A program made the position numbers and the translations under genes. The notes under the pieces are model-generated. The model saw nothing but the letters and a program-made list of their open reading frames with translations. It did not search any database and had not been told where the DNA came from. DNA of 32,000 bases from Erysipelotrichaceae bacterium. Lineage in GTDB: Bacteria; Bacillota_I; Bacilli_A; Erysipelotrichales; Erysipelotrichaceae. This document shows positions 1 to 6,361 of this stretch, piece by piece. The first letter of the stretch is position 1, and every line of letters begins with the position of its first letter. The DNA lies in assembly GCA_963676105.1 (NCBI GenBank), contig OY781039.1, positions 1,890,001 to 1,922,000 on the forward strand. The letters run 5' to 3'.

Positions 1-1
1 A

Positions 2-235
2 TCACTATCTCGTTCGTTCTTTGGTCGCTTAGTTCCTAAAGAAAATTCCAATGAGTACTTTGGCTTCTTTAATATCTTTGGTAAGTATGCTGATTTATTA
101 GGCCCAATTCTTATGGCAATATCTGGTTTTGTCTTTAAACAATCTAAATACGCCATTCTCTTCTTAGTTGTCTTCTTTATCATCGGTTATGTTTTATTAG
201 ATAAAGTCGATAAATTGATGACTCAAAATGCATAA
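2..235 (+). CDS. MFS-type transporter, C-terminal fragment (5' end lies outside the window)
   Basis: Frame 2 is open from the window edge to TAA at 233-235. Translation: SLSRSFFGRLVPKENSNEYFGFFNIFGKYADLLGPILMAISGFVFKQSKYAILFLVVFFIIGYVLLDKVDKLMTQNA. It has two hydrophobic helices and an FFGRxVPK..EYFGFFN pattern that I recall from UMF1/Atg22-like MFS permeases. Not searched. Confidence 0.55.
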   Translation, partial: SLSRSFFGRLVPKENSNEYFGFFNIFGKYADLLGPILMAISGFVFKQSKYAILFLVVFFIIGYVLLDKVDKLMTQNA

Positions 236-258
236 AAGCCTCAGTGAGGCTTTTTATT
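236..258. terminator. Bidirectional intrinsic terminator between the MFS gene (+) and the response regulator gene (-)
   Basis: Stem GCCTC (238-242) / GAGGC (246-250) with a 3-nt loop. It is flanked by an A-run on the 5' side and a T-run on the 3' side, so either strand reads as a hairpin followed by a U-tract. Confidence 0.6.
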
Positions 259-1258
259 TTGCGATAAGGTATTTTTCACTTACGTTTTTTACATAATATT
301 TTTTAAGAATATTATTGTAGTGTTCAATGCTATCCATATCCACTAAAAAGGGTTTGAAATCAAATATGGCAGTTTTGAGTTTCTCAAACTGTTTTTCTTC
401 TTCTAAGAGTTCAACATATTTTCGATAGCATTCAATGATTCTATCTTCTGCAGAAATATAATATCGGATGACCCACTCATTAGACATGTTTGTTAATAAG
501 CCTTTACTATAAATATGGATCATGTCTTCACAATTCTCTAAAGTGCATGTTTGTGTAGGGTAAGTAATAAATTTCTTATAATCTATTTCAACATTGTTTA
601 GTTCTAATTGGTAGCCATCTTCAGTTGTTACGATATGGATATAATCTTTTAAAGGTCTTAAGTCTTTTCGTAATTGATAAATTTGTGTTTGAAGATGAAT
701 GATCGCTTTTTTCATTTCCAAATCCGAATATAAATCATCAATTAACTGATCACGACTTGAGAAAAAATCATGGAGGACTAAATGAGCTAGAATTTCTTTA
801 GATTTATTACGTCTAAAATGAACATTTCTATAACCGTTTTTTACTTCCATATGTCCAAATAATTTAATTTTTACATCACCAGTAATTTTTAAGACAGGTT
901 TATCTAATTTACGAGCGATTTTCGTGATACATAATTTAATTCTTTTTGGATCTATTGGTTTTAAGATATAATCCATCGCTTGGATTTCAAATGCTTCAGC
1001 CGCATAGTTGTTAAAGCTGGTAATAAAAACGATAGGTAGATGTGGATTGGCTTCCAAGAGTTTATGGGCTAGATACAGTCCATCATAAACAGGCATTGAA
1101 ATATCTAAAAAGGCTGCATCTACTTTTATATTTTTTATGTCTTCTAGAACTGAAACAGGATCATGATAACTAACGACTTCATCCTTTGTGATCGACTTTA
1201 CAACGCTGACAAGTTCAGCTAATGTTGCCTTTTCATCTTCTACGATTAGTATTCTCAT
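254..1258 (-). CDS. Two-component response regulator: N-terminal receiver plus a SARP-like winged-helix/BTAD-like C-terminal region
   Basis: The N-terminus is a canonical REC domain: MRILIVEDE, DAAFLDISMPVYDG (acceptor Asp), FITSF, DYILKP (Lys). The C-terminal 200 aa follow the SARP pattern: KIKLFGHMEVKNG..FRRNKSKEILAHLVL..SRDQLIDDLY..LQTQIYQLRKDL..GYQLELNNVEIDYKKF, then IYSKGLL..NEWV..R. The start overlaps the kinase stop by 4 nt (ATGA). Confidence 0.8.
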   Translation of the reverse strand: MRILIVEDEKATLAELVSVVKSITKDEVVSYHDPVSVLEDIKNIKVDAAFLDISMPVYDGLYLAHKLLEANPHLPIVFITSFNNYAAEAFEIQAMDYILKPIDPKRIKLCITKIARKLDKPVLKITGDVKIKLFGHMEVKNGYRNVHFRRNKSKEILAHLVLHDFFSSRDQLIDDLYSDLEMKKAIIHLQTQIYQLRKDLRPLKDYIHIVTTEDGYQLELNNVEIDYKKFITYPTQTCTLENCEDMIHIYSKGLLTNMSNEWVIRYYISAEDRIIECYRKYVELLEEEKQFEKLKTAIFDFKPFLVDMDSIEHYNNILKKYYVKNVSEKYLIAK

Positions 1259-2616
1259 TTTATTTCCCCCTTATTTATTCTAAAATAAACACGTGTCCCT
1301 TCATTTTCACTACTTTCAATCTGTAGTGTTGTCCCATAAAATGCTTTTAGTCTTGCGTTGATATTTGATAAACCAAAATGTTCTTTTGAATTAAACTCAC
1401 AAAGTTGTTTAACTTTGTCTGCTTTCATCCCAATACCATTGTCAATGACTTCAAATAGATAAGCTGTTTGTTCATTAATGATATTTAAATGAACACTTCC
1501 ACCGTAGCGTTTCTTTGAAATACCATGTTGTATCGCATTTTCGACAAGTGGTTGCAAAGTAAGAATTGGAATATCAATTGTAATATTTTCGTCAATATTA
1601 TATTCAATGTTCAAACGATCTGAATAACGAGATTTTTCGATTGAAAGATAAGCTTTAATTAATTCTAATTCTTCCTTAAGTGTAATCATGCCTTCTTTAG
1701 GTATATTGTCGAAACTCTTTCTTAAAAACACTGATAAATCTTGAATGTTTTCTTTTGCGATTTCAGGATTTGTAGAGATATTGGATGAGATAACACTTAA
1801 GGCATTAAATAGAAAATGTGGTTTAATCTGACTCTGACGAACTAACATAGCTGATTCAGAAGCATTCAATCGAATATGACTTAACCGTTTAAACCGTTCA
1901 ATTCTTGAGAATAGTTCTTTTTTATTTGAGGATGAACTAATCACATCATCTGCTCCTAAATAGAAAGCGATATTTCTTTCTTCATCGTTTGAAACAATCA
2001 TAATGATATCTAAGGTTCCATTGGGAAATACTTGGCGAATACTTTCAAGAAGTTTTAACCCATGTTGATTATGGGTGTCACTATTGATAATAATAAGATC
2101 AAAACTAGCGCATTGATCAATGATATGATCAATATCTAATTGAGTTATTTTTTCCGCAATGTATTCTTTTTGTTTAAAAATTTGAGTCATTTCGTTATTT
2201 TTTAATGAATCATCAATTATACCGATGTGAAGTTTTAATGAATGATAGCCACTATCTTTTGGAAGTGCATTCGGAATAAATATTGTTTTTATATTGTTTG
2301 TGATCAAATAAATTTGAATCGTCATGTCAGCAATTATAATTCCGGGGACAAACCATCGTTCGAGCTCAATATTATTCATCAGCAAAACGGTAATATTTAT
2401 AATAAACAGTAATAACTGTAAGGCTGTAAAATACTGATAATACAGAAGGAACATCCAAAGACTAAAGATGCTTGTATTGATTAAAATGATTGTAGATAAT
2501 CGAAGATCTTCGAAGAAAACAATAAGAATAATAACAATTAAAGCATGAAAATAAACCACTGTATAAGAGGAAATTAAGTTTTTGAATGATTTTAGAAAAC
2601 TTGCTTTATTGTTCAT
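1255..2616 (-). CDS. Membrane-anchored sensor histidine kinase, LytS/YehU-type (His_kinase + HATPase_c), with an internal receiver-like domain
   Basis: Residues 1-110 are very hydrophobic (about 4 TM segments). Residues 128-245 look like a REC fold (IGIIDDS, FDLIIINSD, IIMIVSNDEE, GADDVISS). QIKPHFLFNALSVI is the PF06580-type phospho-His box. LVENAIQHG, DNGIGM and GLSN are the N, G1 and G2 boxes of the GHKL ATPase. Confidence 0.85.
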   Translation of the reverse strand: MNNKASFLKSFKNLISSYTVVYFHALIVIILIVFFEDLRLSTIILINTSIFSLWMFLLYYQYFTALQLLLFIINITVLLMNNIELERWFVPGIIIADMTIQIYLITNNIKTIFIPNALPKDSGYHSLKLHIGIIDDSLKNNEMTQIFKQKEYIAEKITQLDIDHIIDQCASFDLIIINSDTHNQHGLKLLESIRQVFPNGTLDIIMIVSNDEERNIAFYLGADDVISSSSNKKELFSRIERFKRLSHIRLNASESAMLVRQSQIKPHFLFNALSVISSNISTNPEIAKENIQDLSVFLRKSFDNIPKEGMITLKEELELIKAYLSIEKSRYSDRLNIEYNIDENITIDIPILTLQPLVENAIQHGISKKRYGGSVHLNIINEQTAYLFEVIDNGIGMKADKVKQLCEFNSKEHFGLSNINARLKAFYGTTLQIESSENEGTRVYFRINKGEIK

Positions 2617-2708
2617 TTTTACTCCATAATAAGTTTGTGATATATATACTTGATTTACATATTTTGTTTTTAATTATTTATTCGGTCGTTTTTGTACGCT
2701 TTATTGGG

Positions 2709-3365
2709 ATGAAAAAGCGAAGTCGTAATACACGTATTTTATTGTGGGGGGCGGCGTTTGAAATAATTGGAATTACCTTTGATTTATTTCTATTAAGTAA
2801 TGAAGCATATGTTTTGTATGAATCACGACAATTTTGGTTAACTTGTTTAATGTTGTTTTATATGGTAACCCCAATACCAATCTATATATTAAGTTTATAT
2901 GTGAAATCATATTTATCTCCACAAGAGGATTTAAAATCATATGCTTACAAACTAGCGATACCTATCTATGTCATTTTTGGATTAAGTATTGTTTCGTACT
3001 TTAGACCAATTATGTTTGATGTTGATCCAAACTCTTATGAATTATTAAGAGGACCCGCTTTTGTTGTTTTATATTCTGTCGAATTATTATATTTATTTAT
3101 TTCGCTAATTATGTATTATCGTAATCGTCATAAGATGTTAATTAGAGACTTTAAAATTTTAGGTACAATCATGACACCTACCGTAATCGGTGCTTTGCTA
3201 CAACTCGTTGATTATGGTGTCTATGCGATTTATACTGGCGTAACATTTTCATTAGTGTTTGCGATTATCTATCTTGAATTATTAAATACTCAAAATTTTA
3301 TCTTCGAGCAGCTTGATCATACTATTAAATCAAACAAGAAAAAATCAAATATTTGGACAAATTAG
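2709..3365 (+). CDS. Polytopic membrane protein of unknown function, divergent from the kinase gene
   Basis: The ORF track starts at 2586, which would overlap the kinase start on the opposite strand. The internal ATG at 2709 (MKKRSRNTRILLWGAAFEIIG...) gives a basic N-terminus followed by about 6 hydrophobic segments. I recognised no family motif. Confidence 0.55.
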   Translation: MKKRSRNTRILLWGAAFEIIGITFDLFLLSNEAYVLYESRQFWLTCLMLFYMVTPIPIYILSLYVKSYLSPQEDLKSYAYKLAIPIYVIFGLSIVSYFRPIMFDVDPNSYELLRGPAFVVLYSVELLYLFISLIMYYRNRHKMLIRDFKILGTIMTPTVIGALLQLVDYGVYAIYTGVTFSLVFAIIYLELLNTQNFIFEQLDHTIKSNKKKSNIWTN

Positions 3366-3934
3366 TGCCCCATATGGATTTTACCGTTTATAATTGCACC
3401 TTCAACAATCGACATTTGTTGTGCTTTTATATTACCACTTACGCTTGCATTTTGTTTAAGTTCTAAAGTTCCAAATGATTCGATATCACCTTCAATAGTG
3501 CCGTCTACTTCCATATCTAATCCAACGAGATTACCTTTCACTAAACTACTGCCATGAATGCTTATTTTTCCATCACAGGTTATTGAACCTAAAATTTCAC
3601 TAGAGTTGATTCTGCAATTTCGTGCAGTAATATCACCTAGTATTTTTGTGTTGCTAACCACCGTAACATCACTGGTGCATTGAATATTACCCTCAATCAA
3701 ACCACCACATTCAAGTTCTGATTGTGAGTTTATATCTCCAATCACATGAATGGTTGAGGATAGTTTTGAAGGTTTGTTTTCGATAACGCTGTATGTTTTT
3801 TCACTATGAACTAATTGATCGATAACTTCTTCAACACTTTCATCCTTAAAATCATCTAATTTTTCTAAATCAGACCAAAATTGGTTTTTTTCTACTTCTT
3901 CTTTTTTATTCCAATTTAAGCTTAAGTTTTTCAT
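3362..3934 (-). CDS. Bactofilin (polymer-forming cytoskeletal protein, DUF583/CcmA family) with an acidic N-terminal extension
   Basis: The C-terminal 130 aa are the repetitive beta-helix pattern typical of bactofilins: VIGDINSQSELECGGLIEGNIQCTSDVTVVSNTKILGDITARNCRINSSEILGSITCDGKISIHGSSLVKGNLVG..VDGTIEGDIES..LELKQNASVSGNIKAQQMSIVEGAIINGKI. An AGGAGG SD precedes the ATG. Confidence 0.8.
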   Translation of the reverse strand: MKNLSLNWNKKEEVEKNQFWSDLEKLDDFKDESVEEVIDQLVHSEKTYSVIENKPSKLSSTIHVIGDINSQSELECGGLIEGNIQCTSDVTVVSNTKILGDITARNCRINSSEILGSITCDGKISIHGSSLVKGNLVGLDMEVDGTIEGDIESFGTLELKQNASVSGNIKAQQMSIVEGAIINGKIHMGH

Positions 3935-4004
3935 GACTGACCTCCTGTACCACCTAATAAATGAATATTAGCATTAGAGTCCTTACAAAAAACTTACAAA
4001 AAAA

Positions 4005-4469
4005 TTAGTGATTTATTATTAAAACTTTAAATTTTTCACTGATTACTAACATTTCTTCGCTAAACTGATAGTTTAATCGAATCGCTTCTTCCGTAAAAAA
4101 TTTGCGATGGTTTCTTCGCCATGATTCTAGGTTATCATCTTCACCTTCTAGTTTTGCAAACTCCCAGCTTACTTCATTAAAAGGAAGGATTTTTATATCA
4201 ATTGTTTTAATAATCGCAACTGGTTCTTCTTCATAATTAACAACCATACTATAATCACCTACATGTGGTTGATCTGCTTCAGTTTCGTAGGCGAGAACCG
4301 ATGAAGCAGTTGCAGTTTTTTGACCTTTTAATACTAATTCTGTTAATTCATCAATTAGTTCTTTTGTATATCCAAAACTAAAACATTCTTTACATTTTGT
4401 GTTTGAGTCAAGCTTTAATGTTTGTGTACATTTTTTCCAAAATGCTTCTTGCTTATCTGTCATTTTCAT
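4005..4469 (-). CDS. ASCH domain protein
   Basis: Pattern FWKKC..FSFG..ELIDELTELVLKGQKTATASS..YE.E..P.VGDYSMVVNYEEEPVAIIKTIDIKILPFNEV..FAKLEGEDDNLESWRRNHRKFF matches my recollection of the ASCH (PF04266) family layout. Confidence 0.7.
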   Translation of the reverse strand: MKMTDKQEAFWKKCTQTLKLDSNTKCKECFSFGYTKELIDELTELVLKGQKTATASSVLAYETEADQPHVGDYSMVVNYEEEPVAIIKTIDIKILPFNEVSWEFAKLEGEDDNLESWRRNHRKFFTEEAIRLNYQFSEEMLVISEKFKVLIINH

Positions 4470-4507
4470 AATCCTACTTTAACATGTGGCTATGTTATAA
4501 TGTTCGC

Positions 4508-5431
4508 ATGAATTTAAAACGTGCAATTTTACTCAGTTTGTTAACTGTATTGATATTAAGTAGCTGTGCTCAAGAAGAAATTATTCCTGAGGATATTCAC
4601 CAAGAAATAAGTCTTGATTTTACGAGTCACGAGTTTACAATTGCGGGCTTACCAAGTTATGTAAAGGAAGAGAATGTTTATCGTGTTGAAAGTGAGGAAG
4701 AAGTTGCGCTTTTAGCCTTTATTCATAGTCTTGATGAAACCTTGGATTTTAATTATATTTCAGATAATGAATTAGATATTGATCGTATCTACGCTTTCTT
4801 AGAGACCTTATTAACATATTCTTTTAATCTAAGTTCATCTCAATTATCCTATACCCAAAATGACGAAGTGGTATTAACGCTTTATCAATTACATGTGCAA
4901 CCTGTTTTCGCTGAGTGGACATTAGTCGATAACTACGCTGATGATATAAGTGGTGATGCGAACTTAGATGGTGAAACCATTTTAGAAAAAATAGAATGGG
5001 CTCATGATGTGATTGTTTTAAACACAAAATATGATGAAACTGTTTTACAACTTGATTTAACAAAACCTACAACACATTTATCTTTTGACTCTTTAGGTGT
5101 GTTTTTAGATAATACAGCAGTTTGTTCAGGTTATGCACGTGCTTTTAGCGCTTTAAGCTATTCTATGGATATTCCAAGTTTAATTGTATCTTCAGAATCA
5201 ATGATGCATGCGTGGAATTTAGTTTATGATGGCGATGAATGGTTATTTATTGATACTACTTGGGATGATCCAATTCCAGATAAAGAAGGCCGTGTGTTAT
5301 ACACCTACTTCTTACTAGACGAGAGAGACTTCATTTCTGATGGGAAACATGAATTTGATAAAAGCAGCAATGCGACTTTAAGTGCCGATGAATACATTGC
5401 TTTTGCGAATTATGTCTTCTTTAATGAATGA
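4508..5431 (+). CDS. Lipoprotein with a transglutaminase-like (Cys-His-Asp) domain
   Basis: From ATG 4508 the N-terminus is MNLKRAILLSLLTVLILSSC, a signal peptide with a lipobox Cys. The C-terminus carries CSGYARAF...MHAWNLVYDGDEWLFIDTTWDDP, the transglutaminase-core C/H/D arrangement. The track start at 4484 would place the TGtTATAAT promoter element inside the CDS. Confidence 0.75.
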   Translation: MNLKRAILLSLLTVLILSSCAQEEIIPEDIHQEISLDFTSHEFTIAGLPSYVKEENVYRVESEEEVALLAFIHSLDETLDFNYISDNELDIDRIYAFLETLLTYSFNLSSSQLSYTQNDEVVLTLYQLHVQPVFAEWTLVDNYADDISGDANLDGETILEKIEWAHDVIVLNTKYDETVLQLDLTKPTTHLSFDSLGVFLDNTAVCSGYARAFSALSYSMDIPSLIVSSESMMHAWNLVYDGDEWLFIDTTWDDPIPDKEGRVLYTYFLLDERDFISDGKHEFDKSSNATLSADEYIAFANYVFFNE

Positions 5432-5460
5432 TGTAAAGTTATGAAAATTTATGAAAACGC

Positions 5461-5488
5461 TTGCATTTTGTATTCATAGGTCTACAAT
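5461..5488 (+). promoter_or_regulatory. Candidate sigma-A promoter for the leader/ankyrin/EF-G-paralog transcript
   Basis: TTGCAT (5461-5466), a 16-nt spacer, then TACAAT (5483-5488). Confidence 0.4.
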
Positions 5489-5511
5489 AGAATTAACAAG
5501 AATTTAGAAAG

Positions 5512-5648
5512 AAGGTCCACATTATGTTAGGGGTCAAAAAGACAAACGATCCACTTCATTTAGCGCACCACGAGGATGCGCTCTTAACTTGTGGAATTCT
5601 GAATTTAAATCGTATTTTAAAGATGGGCTAGGTATGTCCATCTTTTTT
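5512..5648 (+). promoter_or_regulatory. Candidate leader-peptide attenuator: 35-codon ORF (5524-5631), internal hairpin, and an intrinsic terminator
   Basis: AAGG (5512-5515) sits 8 nt before ATG 5524. The ORF reads MLGVKKTNDPLHLAHHEDALLTCGILNLNRILKMG and stops at TAG 5629-5631. Hairpin 1 is AGCGCA 5562-5567 / TGCGCT 5577-5582. The terminator stem is 5619-5628 / 5636-5645 (8 Watson-Crick pairs, 1 G-U, 1 C-G), with the T-run ending at 5648. The leader stop codon lies in the terminator loop. Confidence 0.4.
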
Positions 5649-5682
5649 GTACGCTGTTTGAGAAATGAGGAGGAAAACACAA

Positions 5683-6351
5683 ATGGATCAAACAAATCAA
5701 CTATTCTGGGATGCTGCAGCAGCAGGTGATTTCCAGAAAGTCGTCGCAGCTGTTAATCAAGGTGCTGACGTTAATATTAGAAATGGTGAAGCTAGAACAG
5801 CCTTAATGCGTAGTTCTAAGCGTGGCCATGAAAAAGTCGTACGTTATCTTTTAGATAAAGGTGCAGATGTTAATGCCCGTGATAATAATGGGAAAACAGC
5901 TCTGATGGGAGCCGCAAAAAAAGGACATACACTTATTGTTAAAATGTTCTTAGATATTGATGTGGATGTTAATGCACAAGATGTAAGAGGACGTACAGCA
6001 CTCATGCGTGCAAGTCTACTGGGACATGATGAAGTGGTTGATATGCTTGTATCAGCTGGAGCACAAGTAGATATAGCTGATGAAATGGGACGTACCGCAT
6101 TAATGGAAGCATGTAATGCGTTTAGATTTGAAGTGATTAAACATTTAGTAAGTGCAGAAGCAGATGTTAATGTACAAGATTCAAATGGCGTAACGGCGCT
6201 AATGAGAGCTGCTTATACTGGCTACTCACAAATGGTTGAGTATTTATTAGATCATAATGCAAATAAAGAACTTGTAGATGCAGACGGTAATAAAGCCATC
6301 CATTATGTAAGACAAGATTGTTTAGCGGAATTGAAACCGGTATTGAAGTGA
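5683..6351 (+). CDS. Ankyrin-repeat protein (about 6 ANK repeats)
   Basis: The unit G.TALM.A...GH..VV..L...GADVN.. recurs about every 33 aa, for example GEARTALMRSSKRGHEKVVRYLLDKGADVNARD, NGKTALMGAAKKGHTLIVKMFL, RGRTALMRASLLGHDEVVDMLVSAGAQV. I prefer the ATG at 5683 because the track start at 5665 (ATGAGGAGG) is itself the AGGAGG SD. Confidence 0.85.
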   Translation: MDQTNQLFWDAAAAGDFQKVVAAVNQGADVNIRNGEARTALMRSSKRGHEKVVRYLLDKGADVNARDNNGKTALMGAAKKGHTLIVKMFLDIDVDVNAQDVRGRTALMRASLLGHDEVVDMLVSAGAQVDIADEMGRTALMEACNAFRFEVIKHLVSAEADVNVQDSNGVTALMRAAYTGYSQMVEYLLDHNANKELVDADGNKAIHYVRQDCLAELKPVLK

Positions 6352-6361
6352 GGAATGATAG

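Noticed and set aside
2586-2708. N-terminal extensions offered by the ORF track: 2586 for the membrane protein, 4484 for the lipoprotein, 5665 for the ankyrin protein and 8334 for the PgpA-like protein.
   Set aside because: The extensions would overlap the divergent kinase start (2586), swallow the -10 element (4484), begin inside the SD itself (5665), or start inside the EF-G paralog and span its terminator (8334). In each case an internal ATG gives a sensible N-terminus.
5490-5650. A known riboswitch class (preQ1, guanidine, fluoride, ZTP, T-box and others) in the leader before the ankyrin gene.
   Set aside because: None of the conserved cores I can recall for these classes is present, and the region is too short for a T-box. 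I kept it as an unclassified leader-ORF/terminator candidate instead.
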